From Phycisphaera mikurensis NBRC 102666 (GTDB taxonomy: Bacteria; Planctomycetota; Phycisphaerae; Phycisphaerales; Phycisphaeraceae), in NCBI RefSeq assembly GCF_000284115.1, contig NC_017080.1, forward strand, positions 2,040,001 through 2,072,000: a DNA stretch of 32,000 nucleotides, read 5' to 3'. The notes beneath the pieces are model-generated. The model had not been told where the DNA came from and searched no databases. It worked only from the letters and a program-made list of their open reading frames with translations. A program made the translations under genes and the position numbers. This document shows, piece after piece, positions 1 to 8,043 of the stretch. Each line of letters starts with the position of its first letter. The first letter of the stretch is position 1.

Positions 1-71
1 CCGCCACCGCGAAGGGGGTCTCGCTCCGCAATCGCCGGCTGGCCGAGCAGGAGGATGGGCTGGTCGGCCAT
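1..71 (-). CDS. 5' end of a CDS running off the left edge (visible: MADQPILLLGQPAIAERDPLRGG...); product unknown
   Basis: The ATG at 71-69 lies 9 nt after the AAA+ ATPase stop (83-81) on the same strand. The frame stays open to position 1. It is absent from the ORF track because it is truncated. Confidence 0.3.
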   Translation of the reverse strand, partial: MADQPILLLGQPAIAERDPLRGG

Positions 72-80
72 CCTCGGACG

Positions 81-1088
81 CTACCGGGCGTCGCCCGCGT
101 TCGCCTGCGTCACGCGGGACTTCCACTGCCGTAGGCGGGCGTCGGCGATGGAGCGGGCGGGTGCGCCGCCGCCGGCGAGGACCTGCCGGCGGGCGAGATC
201 GAGCAGGAACTCCTCGGCCTCGGCGAAGCTGGTGGGCCCGAGCTTGTCGGCGAGCGTTCGGGCGGCGTAGCCGAAGGGGCGGCCGAGACGATCCTGCCAC
301 GCCTCGACGAATTGCGTGAGCTGGCCGCGGCCGGGTGGAGGAATCTGGAGGCGGAGCTGGAACCGCCGCCACACGGCCCGGTCCAGCAGCTCGGCGTGGT
401 TGGTGGCGGTGACGACGACGACGTACGACGGCAGGTCGTCCATCTGCAACAGCAGGGAACTGACGATCCGTTTGATCTCTCCGGAGTCCTGCGCGTCGCC
501 CCGCTCCTTGCCGAGCGTGTCGAACTCGTCGAAGAAGAGGACGCAGGCGCGGGTGGAAGCCCGCTCGAAGAGCTTCCGCAGACGGGTGGCGGTCTCGCCG
601 AGGTAGCTGCCGATGAGGGCGTCATACCGCACGGTGAGCAGCGGGACCATCAGCTCGTAGGCGAGGCCCTCGGCGATGGATGTTTTTCCGTTGCCGGGTG
701 GACCGGAGAGCAGCACGCGGTGGCGGGGCTCGAGGTTGTGGCTCCGTAGGACGTCAGCCCGCTGCTGTTCTTCCACCAGCTCTCGAAGAGCTGCCGCGGC
801 GGCCTCGGGGAGCAGCAGCTGGTCGAGGCCGCGGGCGGCGGTCGCCTCGTGCACAAGCGTGGTGGCGGCGACGTGCTCGACCTGGCCGCGGTTGAAGAGG
901 GCGGGGACGCCGTTGCGGGCATCCGCATCGGGTGTCCGCCGCAGTTCGGTGTCGAGACGCTCGGCGAGGACCACATGCCGCTTCGCACGCTCGTCGGCGA
1001 TCAGCGCCTCCACCGCCCGGGCGAACGCGGGGCGGTTGCCGGTGGTGCCGGCTTTCACCAAGCTGAGGAGGAGGTCGGAGCGGGCCAC
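81..1088 (-). CDS. AAA+ ATPase, single classical AAA module with a helical N-domain (335 aa)
   Basis: Walker A LLSGPPGNGKTS, Walker B VLFFDEFD, sensor-1 VVVTATN and AVWRRF arginines. GTG start. High GC3. Confidence 0.9.
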   Translation of the reverse strand: MARSDLLLSLVKAGTTGNRPAFARAVEALIADERAKRHVVLAERLDTELRRTPDADARNGVPALFNRGQVEHVAATTLVHEATAARGLDQLLLPEAAAAALRELVEEQQRADVLRSHNLEPRHRVLLSGPPGNGKTSIAEGLAYELMVPLLTVRYDALIGSYLGETATRLRKLFERASTRACVLFFDEFDTLGKERGDAQDSGEIKRIVSSLLLQMDDLPSYVVVVTATNHAELLDRAVWRRFQLRLQIPPPGRGQLTQFVEAWQDRLGRPFGYAARTLADKLGPTSFAEAEEFLLDLARRQVLAGGGAPARSIADARLRQWKSRVTQANAGDAR

Positions 1089-1231
1089 GGCGAGTTGAGC
1101 GTAAGCCGCCCCCGGAGAGGGGCGAGGAAGGGGTCAGGCCGTGGGATCGGTCAGCGGATGCCGCTTCGGAGACTTTCACGCCGCCGACGGGCCTCACGCA
1201 GGGCCGCATTGAGCTCCGCCCGCGGGCCGGG

Positions 1232-1561
1232 TTATTTCTCGCGGCGGGCTTTGTCCTGGAAGCCGCGGATGGTGGCGTCGAGGGCGCGTAGCTCGGCGGC
1301 GTCCACGGCGAGGGCGGCGGGGTCGCGGCTGGGGTCCCAGCGGAAGCCGCCGACGAGGGGGGCGGCGTCAGCGGTGGCGAGGGCGAGGGACCAGCGGCGG
1401 AGGACGGCGGCGAGGCTCGCATCGTTGGGAGCCGGGGCGAGGGCGGCGAGCAGCTCGGCGGGGTGCGCGGTGGGGAGATCGCAGCGGAACCCGCGGACGG
1501 TGAAGCAGATCAGCCGTTCTCCGCTGCCGTCCGCGGATTCGGCATGCTCCAGAAGGAGCAT
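1232..1561 (-). CDS. hypothetical protein (109 aa), no recognisable domain
   Basis: ATG-initiated ORF with strongly G/C-ending codons typical of real genes in this window. It lies upstream of, and on the same strand as, the AAA+ ATPase, with a 143-nt gap. Confidence 0.45.
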   Translation of the reverse strand: MLLLEHAESADGSGERLICFTVRGFRCDLPTAHPAELLAALAPAPNDASLAAVLRRWSLALATADAAPLVGGFRWDPSRDPAALAVDAAELRALDATIRGFQDKARREK

Positions 1562-1859
1562 GGGGGACGTGATGAGGCGGTGGAGGAGCCTCGGGAGGGC
1601 GGGAATCAGCTTGGACGTGATGGCGAGGGCGACGATGAGCGTGAACGGTCCTGACTCGTCGGGGGCGGTGCCGGCCCCGGCGGGGAGGGCGGAGGCGAGA
1701 GGGTTTCAGACGAGCGTGGAAGACGAAGCGCCTCAGGCGCTCGCGGACGAGGCGGAGCCCGATGGCGCGACGATGGCGGTGACCCCGTGCCCTCTCGCAT
1801 CAGCAAGATGCATTTGCCGCAGTCCACCGCCTGCTGGACCGACGCGGCATACTGGCACG

Positions 1860-2630
1860 ATGGCGAAGAAGCGGACGTGGCCGGAGGCGATCGAGCAGGT
1901 GTTGCGCGACGAGGGCGGACCGCTCCACTACGTGGAGATCACGGAGCGGATTGTCGCAGGCGGGCTCAAAGAAACCTCAGGCGCAACGCCAGCCGCGACT
2001 GTGGCGGCGAACCTCTCGACCTCCCTCCACAACGATCCCAAAACACCCTTCGTGCGGGCGGGGAAGCCCGGGAGCGGCCTCTTTCGCTTGCGGACAAGCG
2101 GCGAACCGGCGCCCGAGCCGGTGGCGACGGACGAGCAGGAGGCGGAGCCGCAGTACAGGGTCATCTCCTCCTTCGGGATGTACTGGGCCAAAGAGAACGT
2201 GGACTGGACTTTGACTCGACCGCCGCTGCTTGGGGAGGCAGACGGAGCGACCAAACAGGTGAACTTCCACGATCAGCAGGGCGTCTACCTGCTGTATGAC
2301 GGGCGCGAGGTGATTTACGTCGGCAGATCGGAGAAAGACTGCATCGGTGCCCGCCTGCGCGCTCACACGAGAAACCGCTTGGCGCGACGCTGGGATCGAT
2401 TCTCCTGGTTCGGGGTGCGCCCCGTGACCGAGGCGGGGAAACTCATCGACGTCCCGGGAGGAGCGACAGTCGACGCGGTCGTGCCCGCGCTGGAGGCCGT
2501 GCTGATCGAGGCTCTGGAACCGCGACAGAATTTCCAGCGGGGAGACGGCCTGAAGGCGGTGGAATACGTGCAAGTGGTGGACCCCAAGTTGAAGAAGAAG
2601 CGGCTGATGCAGTCGCTCGCGGAGATCTGA
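1860..2630 (+). CDS. HARE-HTH (winged-helix) domain fused to a GIY-YIG nuclease domain (256 aa)
   Basis: The N-terminus WPEAIEQVLRDEGGPLHYVEITERIV...TPAATVAANLSTSL...FVR...GLFRL fits the HARE-HTH pattern. The C-terminus has GVYLLY..EVIYVGRS (the GIY and YIG motifs), then RLRAH Arg, LIEALEP Glu and QN Asn. The ATG at 1860 is in frame with track ORF 849-2630, whose upstream part looks like non-coding read-through. Confidence 0.8.
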   Translation: MAKKRTWPEAIEQVLRDEGGPLHYVEITERIVAGGLKETSGATPAATVAANLSTSLHNDPKTPFVRAGKPGSGLFRLRTSGEPAPEPVATDEQEAEPQYRVISSFGMYWAKENVDWTLTRPPLLGEADGATKQVNFHDQQGVYLLYDGREVIYVGRSEKDCIGARLRAHTRNRLARRWDRFSWFGVRPVTEAGKLIDVPGGATVDAVVPALEAVLIEALEPRQNFQRGDGLKAVEYVQVVDPKLKKKRLMQSLAEI

Positions 2631-2797
2631 GGCTGACGGGAGGAGTCCCGCGCCCCCGCGCGGCCGCCAACATCGCTGCGACGGACGCGCGTAACCGGCT
2701 GCCTGCCTGCGGCCTCCGCTTGCGGATGGATCCATCACAGCCTCGGTCGCCGTCGCTTGGGAAGCGGCCCTCGCGGAGCCGACGCCCTGCCCGCGCA

Positions 2798-2814
2798 GGC
2801 GGGCTCCGCCCGCC
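2798..2814. terminator. GC hairpin GGCGGGC-tcc-GCCCGCC between convergent genes
   Basis: 7-bp perfect stem with a 3-nt loop, read directly from the sequence. No U-tract. Such hairpins are frequent by chance at this GC content. Confidence 0.2.
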
Positions 2815-2848
2815 GAAGCTCGTCCAGGCTGGCAACTCGGATTGCGCA

Positions 2849-2863
2849 GCGGGCGTAGCCCGC
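2849..2863. terminator. GC hairpin GCGGGC-gta-GCCCGC, 17 nt downstream of the SNF2 stop
   Basis: 6-bp stem with a 3-nt loop. It has the same GCGGGC/GCCCGC core as the hairpin at 2798-2814. No U-tract. Confidence 0.25.
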
Positions 2864-2879
2864 ACAGCGGAGCGAAGCG

Positions 2880-5800
2880 TCAGCTCAGCAGCTGCTCGAG
2901 GTCGCCTCTGGTGAGCTTGGAGAGGAGGTTCTCTTCGCCGCCGACGACGGCTTCGGCGAGGTCGCGCTTGCGCTTCTGGAGTTCGAGGATGCGCTGCTCG
3001 ACGGTGTCTTCGCAGATCATGCGGTAGGCGAAGACGGGCTTCTCCTGGCCGATGCGGTGGGCTCGGTCGATGGCCTGAGCCTCGACGGCGGGGTTCCACC
3101 AGGGGTCGAGGATGAAGACGTACTCGGCGCTGGTGAGGTTCAGGCCGGTGCCGCCGGCCTTCAGCGAGATGAGGAAGGCGGTGAGGTCGGGGTCGGTCTG
3201 GAAGTCGTCGACGACCTGGCGGCGGTTGCGGGTCTGGCCGTCGAGGTAGGTGTACGAGACGTCGGCGCTGTCGAGGCGCTCCTGCACGAGGTGCAGCATC
3301 GAGGTGAACTGGCTGAAGATCAGCGCCTTGCCGCCCTCGGCTTGGATGTCGCCGAGCATCTTCATGAGGCGGTCGAGCTTGGCGCTCGGGGCGTCGGTGT
3401 CGATGCCTTCCTTCTTGATGAGCGCGGGGTGGCAGGCCGCCTGCCGCAGGCGGAGCAGGGCCTCGAGCACCATGAAGGCGTTCTTGCCGAGGCCCTTGCG
3501 GGAGGAGGTGGACCCGTCGGCGTCGAGCTGGCTCATGAGCGAGCCGCGGTAGTAGTTCCGCAGGTCGTCGTAGACCTTCCGCTGCGCCGGGTCCATCTCG
3601 CAGAGGATGGTCTGCTCGGTCTTGGGGGGCAGGTCGGTGAGCACCTGCTTCTTGGTGCGACGCAGGATGAACGGACGCAGCGCGGAGGCGAGCTGCTGCA
3701 GCGGCGTCTTGCCGTCGGGCGACTTCTGCTGGAGGTCGGTGGCGCTCTCGTCCTGGAGCGTGCCTTCCTCCGCCGCGGAATCGGCGGCGGCGGCCTGGGC
3801 GCCGGTGAGAGCGCCGGCGGTGGAGCCGGTCGATCCGTCGCCGCCGGCGTCGATCGAGCCCGAGACCCCGCGGACCAGGTCGGCGAAGCGGGCGTTGCTG
3901 CCGAGCATGCCCGGGTTGAGGTACTCGAAGATCGACCAGAGGTCGCCGAGGTGGTTCTCGACGGGGGTGCCGGTGAGCGCGAGGCGGTGGTCGGCCTTGA
4001 GCGTGCGCGCGGCCTTGGCAGATTGGCTGCTGGGGTTCTTGATGGCCTGGGCCTCGTCGAGGACGATGTAGTCGAACTCGACGTGCTGCAGCTCCTCGGC
4101 GTCGCGCCGCATGAGCCCGAAGCTGGTGACGATCAGGTCGTAGTCGGCGAGCTTCTTGCGGCTCTTGGCGCGGTCGGGTCCGGAGTAGGCGAGGACCTTC
4201 AGGCCGGGAGTGAACTTCTCGGCCTCGTCGAGCCAGTTGAAGATGACCGAGCGGGGGGCAACGATGAGGCTGGGCTTGCCGACGCGCTTGGCCTTGGCGG
4301 AGCCCTTCTTGGATCCGGCGGCTTTGCCCTCCCCCCGCAGGGCGTCCGCCTCGCGCTCGAGCTCGAGCTTGCGGCCGGCGAGCATCGCGAGCACCTGGAC
4401 CGTCTTGCCCAGGCCCATGTCGTCGGCGAGGACGCCGCCCATGCCGAACTGGCGGAGGAAGTTGAACCAGCCCAGGCCGGTCGCCTGGTAGGCCCGCAGC
4501 TCGCCGGTGAAGTTCTCGGTGGGTTCGGCGGGGTGGATGCCGTCGAAGCTCTTCACCTGCTCGCGGGCCAGGGCGAAGGTGTCGTCGTAGGCCTCGAGCT
4601 CGTCGTCGCCGACGAGCGTGTCGAGCAGGGCGGCCTGGCTGGCCTTGAAGCGCAGGTGGTCTTCGTGGGCCTCGCCCATGTTGGTGAGCAGGCCGTGCTC
4701 GGCGAGCCAGTTCTCGGGCAGCAGGCCCTGGGTGCCGTCGTCGAGCTCGATCATCGAGCGGCCCTGCCGCACGGCCTCGAGGATCTCCGGGAGCGAGACC
4801 TCCTGCTTGGTGCCGTCCTGGTGCTGGTAGGTGACGCTGCCGCGGAGCTCGAACCAGTCGATGCCGCTGGTGATGGTGAGCGCGGGCGGGCCGCCGGCGC
4901 GCATCATCTTCTGGTCGGCGGTGATCCCCCAGCCGCGGGCGAGCAGCACGCTGACCAGGTGGGGGATGTGCTTGCTGGCGATGACCAGCGCGTCGTCCTC
5001 CCCGGCGGCGGGGCGGGAGAGGCCCAGGCCCGCGGTCTGCTCGATGGCCTCGCGCTCCAACCGGAAGTTGCGTCGGATCAGGCGGCGCTGGCTCTCGTCG
5101 CCGGCCTCGGCGAGGGCGGCGGTGTCGGCCGCCTCGTCGCGGTCGGCGCCGGCGTCGTTCGGGCCGTCGCCGCCGCCGTCGGGCGCGGCGGTGTCGGGCG
5201 GCGCGGTGGTCGTGGCGTCGGCGGCGACGGGCACGAAGCGGCCGGGGCGGCCGGGCGAGACGCGGAGGCCGCCGTAGTCGAAGTAGATGCGGGCGGCGAG
5301 CGTGGTCTTGCCGCTGGCGCCCAGCTCCTGGGCCTGCACGGTGCCGGGGCTGAACAGCTCGAGGAAGGGCCGCGGGTCGACACGCTGCTCGAGGTGGCCG
5401 AGCCCGTCGGGCAGGTCGAGCTCGGGCAGCTGGGGCAGCAGGTAGAGCCGCTCGATGAAGCGCTGGACCTCGTCGTCGGGGATGCGCATGCCGCCGCGGA
5501 CGTCGTTCTTGCGGCCCTCGACCTCGGCCTCTTCCTGGTAGCGGGGGTCGCGGAACTGCTGGATCCACGCGGAGGCCTCGTGGTCGTCCAGCGGGGCGGC
5601 CCAGGCGACGTTGAGGCCGGGGCCGGGCACCGCCTGCTTGTCCTTGCCCAGGTCGGGGTGGTTCTTGAAGATGACGACGCCGTCGGGGCCGCCGAGCGCG
5701 AGCAGCGGGGCGGTGACGGGCACGCGGCGGCCGGCGCGGCGCAGCTGCAGGTCCAGCCGCAGCTCGCCGTCGCCGGGGCGGCCGGTGAGCCAGGGCACCC

Positions 5801-6725
5801 AGGCGGCGCTGGAGCCGGCGACGGCTTCGCCGTTCGCGGCGCCGGCGGTGTCTCCGCGCTGCGCCTCGTCCCAGCGCAGCAGGCGCAGGCGCGGGACGTC
5901 GCCGCCCTCGTTGAGGTCGACGAAGCAGCGGCCGGTCTCGATCATCCGGCGCAGCAGCGAGCGCTGCGCTCCGCCGGCGAGGCGGAAGGTGCTCTGCGCC
6001 GGCGTGGCCGAGGGGATGCGGACCTGGCGGAGGTCGTCCTCCACCACGCGGGTGGCGCCCAGCAGCAGGCCGCCGAGCTCGCGGTCGACGGGGTGGGCGA
6101 GCTCGTCGAGGTTGTCGCTGCCGAGCTTCAGCGGCTTGGGCTTGCTCCAGCCGGTCGCGCTGGCGGTGCGCTCCGTGAGCTCGATGACCAGGCCCCGCGC
6201 CCGCGCCGAGGCGCGGGGCGGGATGACGTAGCAGACCTGCCGCTGCATGGCGGCGAGCGCCGCGAGCGGCCCGGGCCGGCTGGTCTCGCCGTCGGGCCGC
6301 AGCATCGACATGCGGCTCTGCCAGGCGGACTCCTGGCCCTCGCCGAAGCCGCTGACGTTCTCGGTGCGGACCTCGCCGCGGTCACGCTTGCGGGCCTTGG
6401 GGGCCCGCAGCCGGAGCTTGGAGAGGTTGCGGATCCGCGGCTCCTCGGGATCCTCCGGCGGGTCGTGGTTGAGGTCGAGCAGCGCGGCCCAGATGTGGGT
6501 GCAGAACTGGCCGGCCTCGAAGACGTCGCAGTCGCACTCGGCCACGGCGTGCTTGCCGTCGGGCGAGATCGTGACCTCGTGCTTCTGGTCTCCGTCGGTG
6601 ACGACGGCCCGCAGCAGGTACTCGCCGCGGTCCTGCCGCTGGACCTGTTTCTTCACCTGGGCCTGCCGGCCCTGGATGCGCACGGCGTTCTGGAAATACG
6701 GGGACCACGAAGGGAGAATCGACAT
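2880..6725 (-). CDS. SWIM zinc-finger / SNF2-family helicase-like ATPase (1281 aa)
   Basis: N-terminal SWIM motif AECDCDVFEAGQFCTHIWAAL. SNF2 motifs are DDMGLGKTVQ (I), LDEAQAIKN (II), LTGTPVEN (III), LIFSQFTSML, SLKAGGTGLNLT (V) and DPWWNPAVEAQAIDRAHRIGQ (VI). Confidence 0.95.
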   Translation of the reverse strand: MSILPSWSPYFQNAVRIQGRQAQVKKQVQRQDRGEYLLRAVVTDGDQKHEVTISPDGKHAVAECDCDVFEAGQFCTHIWAALLDLNHDPPEDPEEPRIRNLSKLRLRAPKARKRDRGEVRTENVSGFGEGQESAWQSRMSMLRPDGETSRPGPLAALAAMQRQVCYVIPPRASARARGLVIELTERTASATGWSKPKPLKLGSDNLDELAHPVDRELGGLLLGATRVVEDDLRQVRIPSATPAQSTFRLAGGAQRSLLRRMIETGRCFVDLNEGGDVPRLRLLRWDEAQRGDTAGAANGEAVAGSSAAWVPWLTGRPGDGELRLDLQLRRAGRRVPVTAPLLALGGPDGVVIFKNHPDLGKDKQAVPGPGLNVAWAAPLDDHEASAWIQQFRDPRYQEEAEVEGRKNDVRGGMRIPDDEVQRFIERLYLLPQLPELDLPDGLGHLEQRVDPRPFLELFSPGTVQAQELGASGKTTLAARIYFDYGGLRVSPGRPGRFVPVAADATTTAPPDTAAPDGGGDGPNDAGADRDEAADTAALAEAGDESQRRLIRRNFRLEREAIEQTAGLGLSRPAAGEDDALVIASKHIPHLVSVLLARGWGITADQKMMRAGGPPALTITSGIDWFELRGSVTYQHQDGTKQEVSLPEILEAVRQGRSMIELDDGTQGLLPENWLAEHGLLTNMGEAHEDHLRFKASQAALLDTLVGDDELEAYDDTFALAREQVKSFDGIHPAEPTENFTGELRAYQATGLGWFNFLRQFGMGGVLADDMGLGKTVQVLAMLAGRKLELEREADALRGEGKAAGSKKGSAKAKRVGKPSLIVAPRSVIFNWLDEAEKFTPGLKVLAYSGPDRAKSRKKLADYDLIVTSFGLMRRDAEELQHVEFDYIVLDEAQAIKNPSSQSAKAARTLKADHRLALTGTPVENHLGDLWSIFEYLNPGMLGSNARFADLVRGVSGSIDAGGDGSTGSTAGALTGAQAAAADSAAEEGTLQDESATDLQQKSPDGKTPLQQLASALRPFILRRTKKQVLTDLPPKTEQTILCEMDPAQRKVYDDLRNYYRGSLMSQLDADGSTSSRKGLGKNAFMVLEALLRLRQAACHPALIKKEGIDTDAPSAKLDRLMKMLGDIQAEGGKALIFSQFTSMLHLVQERLDSADVSYTYLDGQTRNRRQVVDDFQTDPDLTAFLISLKAGGTGLNLTSAEYVFILDPWWNPAVEAQAIDRAHRIGQEKPVFAYRMICEDTVEQRILELQKRKRDLAEAVVGGEENLLSKLTRGDLEQLLS

Positions 6726-6882
6726 CCTTGGCTTTGTCTCGTCTGGCTGCCACGGAGCCGGGGCGACGCCGGTTCGCCCGCCGCGACCGGCCCCCGTCGG
6801 GGCGCGGCACGGCGATGGACAGGCGACCGCCCGGCGACGCGGCCGGCGGTTCGGGGCCGTGATCGGCCCTCGGACGAGCCGC

Positions 6883-6907
6883 CGACCCGAAGCCGGCGAC
6901 CCGAAGC
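6883..6907. repeat. direct repeat CGACCCGAAGC-cgg-CGACCCGAAGC in a divergent intergenic region
   Basis: Two perfect 11-nt copies at 6883-6893 and 6897-6907. They end 13 nt upstream of the GTG of the CPBP gene. Confidence 0.5.
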
Positions 6908-6919
6908 GGCAACCTTAGG

Positions 6920-7822
6920 GTGCATCGCGTGAGCGGGCAATCCGACACCTCCGAAGCGGCCGCGCCGGCCGGGCCCGCGGACCTCCCGTTCCACCCGGCG
7001 GCCGGCGTGGCCTGGGTGCTGGGCGCGGTGGCCCTCTTGGTCTGGCTGCAAAGACGCGGCGTGCTCCGGGAGGCTTGGCTGCGGGGGACGCCCCGCCGGC
7101 TGCCGCCGCTGGGCGGGTGGGACCTGCTCGCGGCGGTGGGGCTCTTTTTCGTGGGCTCGGTGGTGGCGATGGGCCTCGCCGAGGCGGTGCTGGGACCGAA
7201 CCCGCTCGGCCGGCCGGACGCCTCGCCGTGGGCGATGGTCCTCCTGCAGCTGGGCACCTTCGGGCTGCCGTCGGCGTGGGTGGTGTGGCGGGCGCAGCGG
7301 GTGCGGGGCGGCCTGCGGAGGCTGGGGTTCTTCTTCCGCTGGGGTCACCTGCGGACCGTGCTGGTGGCGTTGCCGGCCGGGTGGCTGCTCGCCAGCGGGG
7401 TGCTGGTCGTCGCGGCGCTGGCGGCGCAGGGGCTGGGGCTCGAGTCGCCGGTGGTGCAGCACGAGCTGCTGCTGACGCTGCAGGAGCGGCCGGGCTGGCG
7501 GACGCTGGCGCCGGCAATCCTCAGCGCCGTGGTGCTCGCGCCGCTTCTCGAGGAGATCCTGCTGCGGGGGCTGGTGCAGTCGCTGTGCGTGCGGGTGCTG
7601 GGGCGCCGGCGACGCTGGGCGGCGATCGCCTGCGCGTCGGCCGGCTTCGCGGCGCTGCACCTGGGCTCGGTGCCGCCGCAGACCCTGGCGGGGCTCTTCG
7701 TGCTCGGCGTGGTCTTCGGGGCGGTGTACGAGCGGACCGGCTCGCTGACGCCGGCGGTGCTGGTGCACGCGGGCTTCAACGCGTTCAACGTGGCGGTGGT
7801 GGCGGCGGGGCTGGCGGGGTGA
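6920..7822 (+). CDS. CPBP (CAAX/Abi) family intramembrane metalloprotease (300 aa)
   Basis: Multiple hydrophobic segments. Family motifs are APLLEEILLRG (EExxxR), FAALH and VLVHAGFNAFN. GTG start. Confidence 0.85.
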   Translation: MHRVSGQSDTSEAAAPAGPADLPFHPAAGVAWVLGAVALLVWLQRRGVLREAWLRGTPRRLPPLGGWDLLAAVGLFFVGSVVAMGLAEAVLGPNPLGRPDASPWAMVLLQLGTFGLPSAWVVWRAQRVRGGLRRLGFFFRWGHLRTVLVALPAGWLLASGVLVVAALAAQGLGLESPVVQHELLLTLQERPGWRTLAPAILSAVVLAPLLEEILLRGLVQSLCVRVLGRRRRWAAIACASAGFAALHLGSVPPQTLAGLFVLGVVFGAVYERTGSLTPAVLVHAGFNAFNVAVVAAGLAG

Positions 7823-7922
7823 GCGTCCGCCCGCGGCGGGGGGCTCTTCCGCCGATCTGAAAAGGCGGTGCAGGCGTCGCTGGAGATGCGTCGGGCGACC
7901 GCTCTGGGGGCGGGTGCCCCGC

Positions 7923-7951
7923 TTGACGAAACCCGATCGGGTCGGCATGAT
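7923..7951 (+). promoter_or_regulatory. sigma70-like promoter candidate for tRNA-Ala (TTGACG - 17 nt - CATGAT)
   Basis: The -35 element TTGACG is at 7923-7928. After a 17-nt spacer comes the -10-like CATGAT at 7946-7951, which matches TATAAT at 4 of 6 positions. It ends 11 nt before the mature tRNA 5' end. Confidence 0.4.
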
Positions 7952-7962
7952 CCCGTCCCCAC

Positions 7963-8035
7963 GGGGCCGTAGCTCAGCTGGGAGAGCGCTGCGTTCGCAA
8001 TGCAGAGGTCGTGAGTTCGATCCTCATCGGTTCCA
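7963..8035 (+). tRNA. tRNA-Ala, anticodon CGC; 3' CCA not encoded
   Basis: Hand-folded cloverleaf. The acceptor stem GGGGCCG/CGGTTCC includes the G3:U70 Ala identity pair. U8, D-arm GCTC/GAGC. The anticodon arm CTGCG-TTCGCAA-TGCAG carries CGC at 7996-7998. T-arm GTGAG-TTCGATC-CTCAT. Discriminator A is at 8035, followed by CGA. Confidence 0.93.
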
Positions 8036-8043
8036 CGAGACCC

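Noticed and set aside
1853-1867. TGGCAC as a sigma54 -24 element upstream of the HARE-HTH gene
   Set aside because: No TTGC/GC -12 element follows at the required spacing. The hexamer ends one nucleotide before the ATG itself, leaving no room for a leader.
2443-5568. 1041-aa minus-strand ORF (Arg/Pro/Ala-rich)
   Set aside because: It reads the SNF2 gene out of frame and continues across the intergenic region into the GIY-YIG gene's antisense. Its composition is typical of a shadow frame.
3057-6932. 1291-aa plus-strand ORF covering the whole SNF2 locus
   Set aside because: It is antisense to a CDS with unmistakable SNF2 motifs. Its product is low-complexity (Gly/Ala/Val/Glu/Asp-rich) with no motifs. 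Long stop-free antisense frames are expected at this GC content with G/C-ending codons.
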